Positions 1 through 9,028 of a stretch of 64,000 bases of DNA are shown here, one piece after another. This stretch comes from an uncultured Actinomycetota bacterium. Its GTDB lineage: Bacteria; Actinomycetota; Actinomycetes; S36-B12; UBA10799. The notes under the pieces are model-generated. The model ran no database searches. It had not been told where the DNA came from and saw only the letters and a list, made by a program, of their open reading frames with translations. Location of the stretch: assembly GCA_963733395.1 (NCBI GenBank), contig CAVTCZ010000017.1, positions 3,368 through 67,367 on the forward strand. Reading direction: 5' to 3'. How positions within the stretch are numbered: the first letter of the stretch is position 1; every line of letters starts with the position of its first letter. The translations under genes and the position numbers were made by a program.

Positions 1-830
1 ACCGGATCGCCGAGAACAGACGACGCTCCGTCGGCGAGGCATCCAGGAAGTGCAGCGCCTCGTCCAGGGGACTGGTCAGGATCAGGGCGTCGAACTCCAG
101 GGCGTCCTGGTCGGTCTGGACCACCACAGTCTCGTGACGCGCCACCTGACGGACCGTGATCCCCGTGCGCACATCGTGCTGTTGGGCCAGGCGCGCCCAG
201 AGCGTCTCGATGCCGTCGGGCCAGATGATGCGTCCCTCCGGGAAGCGCAGCGCCTGGATGGTGGGCAGGTCGAGGTACTTCATCACGTAGGCGGTCGGGA
301 CCTCGTCGAAGTAGCCGTAGCCGAAGCCGGTGAACGCCGGGGTCAGGACCCTCTCCAAAGAGTGCAGGCCGTGGCGCCGCGCGAAGGGCCCGAAGGACTC
401 ATAGAGGTCGGGATGGATGCCGGCCAGCCCCGGCTCGTTGATGCGCTGGTACTTCACCTGGGTCAGCCATGCGTAGTTGAGCAGCAGCAGCCAGAGCAGG
501 CGGGGGTACTGGTACCACCTGAACATGTCGGTGCGGTGTCCGTCGGTGTCGTAGTAGTTCTCGCCTTCGGTCGGCCCGCCACGGACATCGACCCGACTCC
601 ATGAGCTCGAGGGTGGTTGTGTAGTCGCGCGTTCCCAGGACCGCTCCCATCTCGTAGACGCGGTTCCCGACGGGACAGAGCAGCACTTGCTGCTGCGACC
701 CTCGGCTCTCGCTCCAGGACTGTCACGTGGGTGTAGCCGGCCTCCTTCAGGTAGCGCGCACGTAAGGCCGGGAGACTCCGGCGCCTATCACGCCGATGCG
801 AGCGGACCTACGGGACTCCCTGAGCGCCAT
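1..830 (-). pseudogene. FAD/NAD(P)-binding oxidoreductase (amine-oxidase/desaturase-like), cut by the window edge and frame-disrupted
   Basis: Minus-strand ATG at 830 follows GGAGGGAG. N-terminus MALRESRRSARIGVIGAGVS carries a GxGxxG fold. The readable protein then alternates between two reading frames across four segments (GLTCARYLKEAGYTHVTVLE; CPVGNRVYEMGAVLGTRDYTTTLELMES; ENYYDTDGHRTDMFRWYQYP...LILTSPLDEAL), implying shifts near 770, 700 and 600. Confidence 0.6.
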
Positions 831-953
831 GGTGTGCTCCCTCCAGCGGATCGGCTCGCCTTAGACCCCCGCGTTCGCACTCCGCCCACCTCCACCGTAC
901 TCTAAGACGAACGAGCCGTCAAACACGCGCAAGAGGAGGGAGCCGCCCCACAC

Positions 954-991
954 CAGCGCGCCCGGAGGGATTCGAACCCCCAACCAACCGG
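954..991. repeat. 38-bp direct repeat, a displaced copy of the tRNA-Arg 3' end (island boundary, att-type)
   Basis: cagcgcgcccggagggattcgaacccccaaccaaccgg is identical to 8805-8842, which covers the 3' 35 nt of the intact tRNA-Arg plus 3 nt. Confidence 0.85.
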
Positions 992-1085
992 TTCGTTGAA
1001 TGCCTCCCGTGACGTCCCCAGGTGTACCGGTTTTGTGCTTGAAGGGGGTGCTTTCGTACCGGTGCTTACCGGGTTGTTGCAGGTA

Positions 1086-1112
1086 GAACTGTCGTCAGAA
1101 CTGTCGTCAAAT
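1086..1112 (+). repeat. Tandem 12-bp motif GAACTGTCGTCA x2 plus AAT, with a partner near the other island end
   Basis: 25 nt actgtcgtcagaactgtcgtcaaat (1088-1112) are identical to 8739-8763. Both copies lie just inside the att repeats in direct orientation. Confidence 0.8.
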
Positions 1113-1137
1113 CGCGCGAAACCATCGCTGGTGTTGC

Positions 1138-1416
1138 ATGCCTGTCGCGGCTTTCATGGGAAGGGCAGGAGTGAGTTGTGCGACGAAGGCCCTTCGACGC
1201 ATTCGTGAGACCTCGTACGAGCCGTGGCCCCCACTCATCAGTGACGATTCGCAGGGCACCGAGGGGGACTGGCAGTTCGAGACTGTTGTTGCGTCCGGGG
1301 CGCTGGGTGCGGTTGCGGCACTGCCGCCGAAGGTCGACCTGCGCCGCACGTGGTGGAAGGTCGGCGACCAGGAGGACACCGGATCGTGCGTCGGCTGTGC
1401 GACAGCCGAAGGTGTG
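1138..1416 (+). pseudogene. Papain-like (C1) cysteine peptidase N-terminal fragment
   Basis: Frame-1 peptide ...ALPPKVDLRRTWWKVGDQEDTGSCVGCATAEGV resembles the C1 pattern LPxxVDLR...DQGxxGSC around the catalytic Cys. Sense is lost right after it. Confidence 0.3.
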
Positions 1417-1454
1417 CCGTTCCCCGGCGCCCGGCGGGTGCGGTGCGCCAGGAT

Positions 1455-3743
1455 GGAGACGTGGAACCGGACCCCACAACCCTGCCGGGGCCGCAGGACG
1501 AGGCCGGATGGGTCGCCCTGCTGCTGGAGCACGCCGGGAACGGAACGAGCTGGACCTCGTCGGCTACGACGAGGAGACCGATCCCGAGCAGGCCGTGGCC
1601 GTCGGCCTTGCAGGCCCGCCTGCTGCTGTCCTGCTGCTGCTGCAGCGCAGGACGATCCAACCGCGTACCGTGGGGCTGCGCCTGGCCGGGGCCGACATCC
1701 GCGGTCGCCTCGACCTGGACGACCTGCAGCCGCCCTGTCGCCTGCGATTGGGCCTCTGCCGGCTGGCCGACGGGCTGACCCTGGACAACGCGCGCATCCC
1801 CGGACTCTCTCTAGAGGGCTGGCGGCTCAACGGCCACGAGGATTCCTATGCGGTGAGCGCCGTCGGGGCGACCATCACCGGCCAACTCAGCCTGAGTGGC
1901 GCGACCCTGACCAACGAAGGCGGGATGGCGCTGACCCTGGAAACCGCCAGCATCGGCGGCGGCGCGTTCCTCGACGAGGGGTTCACCGCCACCGGCGCGG
2001 TGAGTGCTGGCGGTGCGACCATCACTGGCCCACTCATCCTGGGAGGCGCGACCCTGACCAACGAGGGCGGGAACGCGCTGACCCTGGACAGCGCCAGCAT
2101 CGGCGGCGGCGCGTTCCTCGACCAGGGGTTCACCGCCACCGGCGCGGTGCATGCGCTCGGGGCGGCCATCACCGGCCAACTCATCCTGAGTGGCGCGACC
2201 CTGACCAACGAGGGCGGGACCGCGCTGACCCTGGACAGCGCCAGCATCGGCGGCGGCGCGTTCCTCGACCAGGGGTTCACCGCCACCGGCGCGGTGAGTG
2301 CTATCGGGGCGACCATCACCGGCCAACTCAGCCTGAGTGGCGCGACCCTGACCAACGAGGGCGGGAACGCGCTGACCCTGGACCGCGCCAGCATCGGCGG
2401 CGGCGCGTTCCTCGACGAGGGGTTCACCGCCACCGGCGCGGTGAGTGCGCCCGGTGCGACCATCACCGGCCAACTCAGCCTGCGGGGCGCGACCCTGACC
2501 AACGAGGGCGGGACCGCGCTGACCCTGGACCGCGCCAGCATCAGCGACGCGCTCCTCGACGGGGGTTCACCGCCACCGGCGCGGTGTGCGCGCCCGGTGC
2601 GACCATCACCGGCCAACTCAGCCTGCGGGGCGCGACCCTGACCAACAAGGACGGGACCGCGCTGACCCTGGACCGCGCCAGCATCAGCGACGGCGCGTTC
2701 CTCGACCAGGGGTTCACCGCCACCGGCGCGGTGAGTGCGCCCGGTGCGACCATCACCGGCCCACTCAGCCTGCGGGGCGCGACCCTGACCAACAAGGACG
2801 GGACCGCGCTGACCCTGGACCGCGCCAGCATCAGCGACGGCGCGTTCCTCGACCAGGGGTTCACCGCCGCCGGCGCGGTAGTGCTGGCGGGGCGACCATC
2901 ACCGGCCAGTTCGAGCCTGAGGGGCGCGACCCTGACCAACAAGGACGGGACCGCGCTGACCCTGGACTGGGCGCGGGTGGAGCAGTTGTTGCTGCGCGGC
3001 GTGGCAGGCGTGGAGGGCCGGGTGTCGCTGGCGGGCTGCCAGATCGGTGACCTGGTCCTCGACGAGGGGACGGACGAGCCGCCGCCAGGCGCGCTGGTGG
3101 CCGACGGGTGGCAGGTGCGTACCCTGGAAGGCGAGATAGCCTCAGACGCCCGTCTGGCTCAGAAGTGGCTGGACAGCCTCCCCGCCGGGGTGCGGTACTC
3201 GCCGCAGCCGGCCCGGGCGCTAGCCGATGTCTTCGACCGGGCCGGTCACCCCGACAAAGCCCGGCGGCTGCGGTACGGAGCGGCCCGTCGGGTCGCCCGG
3301 GAGGCCCCGAGGTGCGCCAAACCCCGCCATTGTGCATGTACGGGGGACTGGTCGGACACGGCTACTACCCGCTGTTCACGCTGGGGTGGCTCGCCGTGCT
3401 GTTCGTGTTCGCGGCGGTCCTGGCCACCACCCAGGCGGACCTGTTCACCCCCACTGATGCGGGCAAGGCCCAGGAAGCTGCCACGGCCGTTGCTGCCTCC
3501 GGTCCGCCTGCGCCTGACCCTTTGACCGGGGCCACAGCATGCGAGGCCCTGGGGGGCTACCCCTGCTTCTCCCCATGGTCCTACGCACTGCAGACCGTGG
3601 TCCCCCCGGCAGCGGCGGTGCAAACGACCGCCTGGCAGCCCGCCGGATGGGTGCTGCTGCCCTTCACCGCGCTCAAGGCCGCCGGCTGGGTCCTGGTCGC
3701 GCTGCTGCTGGCCGGCGTCACCGGCATCCTCCGCCGGACTTGA
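1455..3743 (+). pseudogene. Beta-helical repeat protein with a C-terminal multi-pass membrane domain (recalls Streptomyces 'membrane-associated oxidoreductase' proteins), frame-disrupted
   Basis: The readable protein moves frame 3 to 2 (~1545), 2 to 1 (~2550, a 4-nt deficit versus the repeat consensus), has a -1/+1 pair at ~2885-2925, then 1 to 3 (~3320). It has a 49-aa repeat GATITGQLSLSGATLTNEGGxALTLDxASIGGGAFLDxGFTATGAVSAx. C-terminus is ...YGGLVGHGYYPLFTLGWLAVLFVF...GYPCFSPWSYALQTVVP...GWVLVALLLAGVTGILRRT. The 5' limit is approximate. Confidence 0.6.
1868..2968 (+). repeat. 147-bp (49-codon) tandem repeat array, about 7.5 copies
   Basis: The gcgaccatcac landmark recurs at 1868, 2015, 2162, 2309, 2456, 2599, 2746 and 2892, giving periods of 147,147,147,147,143,147,146. 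Copies are roughly nine-tenths identical by eye. The off-period copies coincide with the frame breaks. Confidence 0.9.
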
Positions 3744-3786
3744 CCCGCTGCGAGGTGGCGGCCGATCAGGTGGGGGAGTGCTACCG

Positions 3787-3936
3787 ATGATCGCGAAGAT
3801 CGGCAAGGGCCAGAACGTCAGCGGCCTGGTGTCCTACCTGTTCGACCCCGGCCTGGATGAGGAACACGCCGGGCAGCGGTCTGCCACGGCCGAACACCTC
3901 GGGCAGGTCCCGCCGGGCAATCCCCGTGCGGTATAG
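3787..3936 (+). pseudogene. Relaxase/mobilisation nuclease (MobA/VirD2-type) N-terminal stub
   Basis: MIAKIGKGQNVSGLVSYLFDPGLDEEH... matches the typical actinobacterial relaxase start (MIxKIxKGxxxxGLxxYLxGPGxxxEH). The ORF stops after 49 codons. Confidence 0.5.
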
Positions 3937-4098
3937 GTCCAGCGGGTCGGACGCATGAACGTGGCCCAGGGGGCAAGTTTCGGGAGCAGCAGGCCGAGAA
4001 GAGGTGGCTTCTTCGTTGACAGGTCTCTGCTGGCGGAGGAGTCTGAGTTCCAGCTTGCCAGTGGTGGCAGCCGCTCTGGCAGGCGAAGGGAGCCGATA

Positions 4099-6236
4099 AT
4101 GGACGACTTGAGATACCTCAAGCTGGAGAGTTTCAAGGTCAATGTTAATGGGTTGTCGGCGCTCGGCTTGTACATACGAGGCATCGAGGTCACACAGGCG
4201 ATTCAGTACTTCGACGCCGACCAGCACCTCACCGATCCAGCAGATCGAAGCGCTGATAACTCGGTCCGGCTGGTCGCAGACAAGCCTGCGTGGGTCCGCG
4301 TTCACCTGGGGAGTCTTTTCGGCGTCTCGGGGGTGTCGGGGAGTCTGGAGCTGTTGCGTCGTCGGCAGGGGTTCTTGTTCGATCACGTGGCCACTCTCGG
4401 CTCCGATCCTTCGTCGGCGACTGCAGTCCCTGCCGCCTCTGCGACTAGCTACGCAGCGACGCGAGGCAGCATCGGGGCGAGCCTCAACTTCATCATCCCC
4501 GCGAACGAGATGATCGGGACGCTGCGTCTCGCGGCCACGGTCAGCGCGGGTTCACTCTCGGATGATGCCCAGGTCGATGTGGACGTGACGCTGCGCCAGA
4601 CACTACGTCTGGCTGGTGTGATGATCTCCTACAGCGGGCCAGCGAACACCTCACCGGGCGCTCCGAACCTCCAACTTGCGGCCCCCACCTTGGCCGACCT
4701 GCAGAACATGGCAGGCACTGCGCTGACCCTCTTCCCCGTTCAATCCACGGCCCAGTTCAGGACGGCAGGCTCGCTCACCCAAACGGTCCCCCTCATAGAC
4801 CCGGGGCCTTTCCCAACCTCAGGGTGCGGTGCCTCGTGGGACACGCTGCTGACCGCTGTCGCCAACGTGAGGACAGCAGACGGAAACCAACAAGGATGGG
4901 TGTACTACGGCCTCCTCCCGAACGGAACCCCTATTGGCATGGTGGGTGGGTGCGGCGGGGGAGGAGTCGCGGTGGGTCCGATCAATGCCCCCGGGACGCT
5001 CGCGCATGAGGCGGGTCACGCCTGCGGCCTGGCGCACGCCCCCGCCGGAGGCCCCCCCAACCCTGACCCGAACTACCCCGCCTACAAGCCATACCCCACG
5101 GGATCGATCGGGGAGTACGGGCTGAACATCAACAACGGGAACATCGCCTCGCCGCAGTCCTTCAAGGACTTGATGTCGTACGCCGCACCTTCGTGGGTGT
5201 CGCCGTACAACTACGGCAAGCTGCAAAACACCCCGAGGCTCAATCCCGGTCACCGTGGGTATCGACTACCCGTGGTGGAAGGATCTCATTTGGGAGACGT
5301 TCAAGCAATGGCCGCCGTTCCCTCCCGACCCACCCTGGCGCGAGTTGGAGTTGCCGATGTTCCCCCCCTCCGTCCCAGAGGACGTCATTTCGTTGATCGT
5401 GAGGGTGGAGCGTGGGACGGTGACGAGCGTGGAGCACGTCGCCCGGACCAGGGTCCACACCCAGTTACCGGGGGCGACCCCGACTAATCTGTCGGCACTG
5501 CTGACTGATGGGCACGGCGCGGTCCTTGCTCGTGGCTCGCTCACGCGACTCCCGACCTCATCCTGCGGCTGCGGCAACGAGGGCCCCGGTGAACAGCCGC
5601 CAACCTACATCGCGCAAGTCTTCATCCCGAATGTCGAGCCAGGCGCATTCCTCGAGATAGCCGACGGTGATGAGGTCGTGTGGCGTCGCGAGGCACCAGC
5701 CGACCCCGCTCGCGTGGGGAGTCTCCGCGTGAAAGTGAACCGAAGGGGCAGCGCTGAGGCCTCCTGGGACAGCACCGACGGTGTCCTCGAGTACTGGCTC
5801 CGTTGGTCCCGAGACGGCGAGACCTGGCAGTCCGTGGCAACCGGATTGACTGACCGCGAGATGAATCTCGAGCCAGGCCGACTCCCACCAGGCGAGGGCC
5901 ATCTCCAGGTCGTTGCCCACGATGGATTCTTCTCGGCCTACTCGGAACCAGTCCCGATCCAGATTCCGGACAGAGCCGCAGTTGTGTCGATCCTCCATCC
6001 CGTGGATGGACACACCTACACGTCCGGCCAAACCCTGCGCTTATGGGGAGCAACAACACCGAGCATCGAAGACTCCAACGTGACTGCGGTCTGGACCGAC
6101 GGCCGGAAGGAGATCGCCACTGGACTGGACGACTGGGCCACCCTCGAGCCGGGCGAGCACACCCTGACGCTGAGGGTGGGCGGTCGAGGGAGGAGAAGCC
6201 AGCGTCACTGTCAACGTGAGTGAGGCCCCCTACTGA
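4099..6236 (+). pseudogene. Metzincin-type zinc metalloprotease with C-terminal Ig-like domains, frame-disrupted
   Basis: GGGAG lies upstream of the ATG at 4099. HEAGHACGLAH (HExxHxxGxxH) is at 5005-5037, with a Met-turn-like DLMSY downstream. A +1 shift at ~5245 joins ...KLQNTPRLNP to VTVGIDYPWWKDL.... A probable second +1 shift at ~6190 restores the ending ...GEASVTVNVSEAPY. No signal peptide is evident. Confidence 0.65.
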
Positions 6237-6385
6237 GCCCGCTGGATAGGACCGGCAGCACGACGCACCAGAGCAGGCCGCGCTTGGTACTCATACGTGT
6301 GCCTCGACCCTGGGGGACTGCGGCTTTGCCGGCTCTACGCCAACCGTGGTGAGCGGCTTCTGTTCTTCGGCGTGGCGGGAGTCTG

Positions 6386-6870
6386 TCAGTCGACTCCGCT
6401 GTGCAGCAGGAGCCGCAGCCGGTAGTTGGCGAAGTGGCGGTAGCCGTGGCCGATTAACCGATATCCGGCGCTGCTTCTCGATAAGCAGGTTCTGGGCTAT
6501 CCATGTGGACGGAGTAGTGCTCGTCAGCGATGCGCCAGGAGCCGGTGGGCTCGAGGGCGTCCTGGATGGCAGCTTGGCGCGACGCAAGAAGGTGCCGAAG
6601 GGGCTGTTCCCGGGTGTCCAGCCAGTCCGCCTCGGTTGAGCACCATGCCTGCAGCACTGCTACCGAGTGCGTGTGGTGCTGGCCCGCGAGAAGACGATGC
6701 GGCAGCCCAACCCACTCCGGTTACATGGATAGCCCTGAGCAGGTTTGTCGCTTCGGTCGGCCCGGTGGAAGCGCCGCCTGTGTCGAAGTAGCGCAGGTAC
6801 TCCTCGGACTTCAGGCCCACCCCCGCGCCCAGCACCAGGGTGGCGGCGATCACCGCCCCGGCCATGCGCG
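6386..6870 (-). pseudogene. Transposase C-terminal remnants (ISL3-like by recalled motif), at least two fragments
   Basis: Minus-strand fragments read ...YLRYFDTGGASTGPTEATNLL... (~6700-6870) and ...NLLIEKQRRI / GHGYRHFANYRLRLLLHSGVD* (6386-~6657, in two frames). They resemble the ISL3 C-terminal pattern SNGxTEAxNxLIKxxKRxxxGFRNFxNYRLRxLL. Family assignment is tentative. Confidence 0.4.
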
Positions 6871-7243
6871 CCCGGTCGCGGACCAACGGCGTCGGGGGGC
6901 ATAGCCAAGGCGATAGTTCATCCAACCTGCGTATCAGAAGGCTCCCCGGTCCTCTCGGGGAGCAGGCAGGAAGAGACCAGGTCGACCAACCAACCCGACC
7001 ACCATGTGCAACCAGCCCAGAACTCGTGTCCACCACCAGCCCCGGCCGGAACCCCTCCCCAGGCGGACACGACTACCGGACATCCGTCCGATAACGGTCG
7101 TTTCCGGGCGGGAAGGTCGCGGGGTCGCATCTTGTGGGTCAGGACCTGTTTGGCGCGGCGAGGACCGAATGGATCTCGCGGACCTGCGCCACGAGGTGCG
7201 GGACAGCCAGGCACTCGATGTAGGTATGTTCCACGGCTCACCC

Positions 7244-8282
7244 CTACGTCGCGCCGAAGACGTACCCGTCCCACGCGGTGCGCAGGTCCGTGGCCAGTTC
7301 GGGGGTGACCTGGCGTTTGGGGTATCCGCCCAGCACGTCCGGGAGGAGGTCGGTCTCCAGATGGCGGATCCACCCGTTCGCCCGCAGCCCCTGGAGGTCG
7401 AGATCCAGAGGCGCCGAGGCGGGGCCTTGAAGCAGGCCGATCGCTGAGGCTGCCAGGGCCACCCCCGCCCGGGCCTCGTCGTCCGGTTGGGCCCACCGGC
7501 TGGAGGTGGCCCGGGCGAACAGGCACGCGGTCTCGTAGGCGCGGTCGGGGTCGCCCAGCGACATGTCCCACGCGCGTGGTTCGCGAGCCTGGACCAGCAC
7601 CTCCGGCGCGCGGGCCTCGATCCGGGCCGGAGGCTCGGGCAACCGGCGCGTAGCAGGCACAACGTGCCCAGAGCCGGGGTCCACCGTGCGGCATCGAGTT
7701 GGCTGGCCCATCCCTCGAAGGGGCGCATCGCCGCGGCCAGGTGCCCGATCGCGGTCTCCAGCATCGGGGCGGCCTCCTCGGCAGGCAGCCGTCGGGCAAG
7801 CTCGCCCTCGGCGATCGCGCGCCACACCGCCAACGGGGACTGCTGGGACCCGGCGGGGGTGCCCAGGTCCATCGCGGCGCTGTACTCGTCGACCGCCTGC
7901 TGGTACAGCCCGCGGGTGTAGCGGGCGAACCGGCGGGCGCTGCGCATGTACTGCCGCCCGCACAGCCCCCTGGTCAGCGCTGCGTTCTCAACCGGGGTCG
8001 ACCGGGCCCGGAAGGAGAGCCGGCCCGGGCCCGATGAGAGTAGGTCCGCGCGCATGCACTCGATCGCCACGCACCGGGCCCCACCTCGGCCAGCCGCTCA
8101 TCGACCGCAGCAGCGCTTTCAGCAACCCGGCAGATGATGCGGCGCCGGTCGCGGTGATTCGTGGCTGTCCGCACCCGTGTGGCACGCGGGGGGCACGGAT
8201 TCCGTCCGCCCGAATCGTGCGGGGGCCCCACCCTACCGGTCGAACTCCCTCGACGCCGGTCAGTGGCAACTGAGTCGGACAA
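7244..8282 (-). pseudogene. Hypothetical helical (TPR-like) protein read across at least three frames
   Basis: Plausible segments are ...RRIICRVAESAAAVDERLAEVGPG; AIECMRADLL...YTRGLYQQAVDEYSAAMDLG...FEGWASQLDAARW; and ...APEVLVQAREPRAWDMSLGDPDRAYETACLFARATSS...TAWDGYVFGAT*. No family recognised. Confidence 0.35.
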
Positions 8283-8731
8283 CCACTCTCAACTTGGACG
8301 GCCAAGTCGTTCTCGGCGATCGTACGAAGACCGGTGAGCCTCGCCTAGTGCATCTTCAGCCGGATGCCATCGCGGTTCTTCGTGCCCAGAGTGTGCGGGT
8401 GGCGGCGCAACGGCTCAAGGCCGGCGCGCTGTGGCAGGACCACGACCTCGTCTTCCCCACGAGTGTGGGGACACCTCAGGATTCGAGGAATCTTCGCAAG
8501 GATCTGCGGGACATCGCAGAGAAGGCTGGATACCGACATTCGTTCCACGAGTTACGGCACGTGTTCGCCACGATCGCGGCCTCAGAGGTCAGCATGGCAT
8601 CGCTGTCCAAAGTCTTGGGCCACCGCCGGATGGCGACCACGAGCGACTTGTACGCCCATCTCTACGACCCCGACGCGGTCAAGGCGACCGAGGCGGTTTC
8701 GAACGTGTTCGGACACGGGAAAAGTAGTTGA
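8177..8731 (+). pseudogene. Tyrosine recombinase/integrase, 5'-truncated (C-terminal catalytic part only)
   Basis: ...DHDLVFPTSVGTPQDSRNLRKDLRDIAEKAGYRHSFHELRHVFATIAASEVSMASLSKVLGHRRMATTSDLYAHLY carries the HxLRH, LGH and Y boxes. Recognisable similarity starts at ~8270. The box-I Arg region and the N-terminal core-binding domain are absent. Confidence 0.7.
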
Positions 8732-8737
8732 AGATGC

Positions 8738-8763
8738 GACTGTCGTCAGAACTGTCGTCAAAT
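8738..8763 (+). repeat. Partner copy of the GAACTGTCGTCA tandem motif
   Basis: 8739-8763 are identical to 1088-1112. This copy lies 42 bp inside the right att repeat, just after the integrase stop. Confidence 0.8.
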
Positions 8764-8804
8764 TCGGTGCGACAGCCGCGTTTGAGGGGCACTTCCCCCC
8801 ACAA

Positions 8805-8842
8805 CAGCGCGCCCGGAGGGATTCGAACCCCCAACCAACCGG
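8805..8842. repeat. 38-bp att-type direct repeat (right copy, within tRNA-Arg)
   Basis: Identical to 954-991. Confidence 0.85.
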
Positions 8843-8880
8843 GTAGAAGCCGGTCGCTCTATCCGTTGAGCTACGGGCGC
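8808..8880 (-). tRNA. tRNA-Arg (anticodon TCT)
   Basis: Reverse complement folds as GCGCCCG TA GCTC AACGGATA GAGC G ACCGG CTTCTAC CCGGT TGGTT GGGGG TTCGAAT CCCTC CGGGCGC G. 73 nt, no encoded CCA. Confidence 0.9.
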
Positions 8881-9028
8881 TTGGGCCTGTCCGTCGACGT
8901 GCACGAACGGCTCGATTCTAGCGGGGCGGCCACGCGCCGAGGTTCGCGTCCGGTTCGAGGGCAAAGGGTCGCGCGCCCATTTCAGGCGCCCGTGAGATCA
9001 TCGAAGGGTACTTTCCCAAGGAGTCTGT

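Larger units (their letters stand above)
954..8842. mobile_element. Degenerate tRNA-Arg(TCT)-associated integrative/mobilisable island (~7.9 kb)
   Basis: 38-bp direct repeats at both ends, the right one inside an intact tRNA. Contains a 5'-truncated tyrosine recombinase next to the tRNA, a relaxase N-terminal stub and transposase C-terminal remnants. GC is visibly lower around 3950-4400. Every cargo gene is frame-broken. Confidence 0.75.

Noticed and set aside
1868-2968. Possible CRISPR array
   Set aside because: The repeats are contiguous with no spacers, 147 bp long, and translate into a coherent protein repeat. No cas genes lie nearby.
1138-3525. 795-aa ORF, extremely Arg/Pro/Gly-rich through the repeat region
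   Set aside because: Its middle is an off-frame reading of the 147-bp repeats (RRDPDQRGR... periodicity). The sensible GATITGQL... frame is that of ORF 1178-2641. Only the ORF's first ~93 codons and its part after ~2560 look real.
3781-4386. 201-aa minus-strand ORF between the beta-helix gene and the protease
   Set aside because: It is antisense to the relaxase stub and to the 5' end of the metzincin gene, and it has no recognisable motifs.
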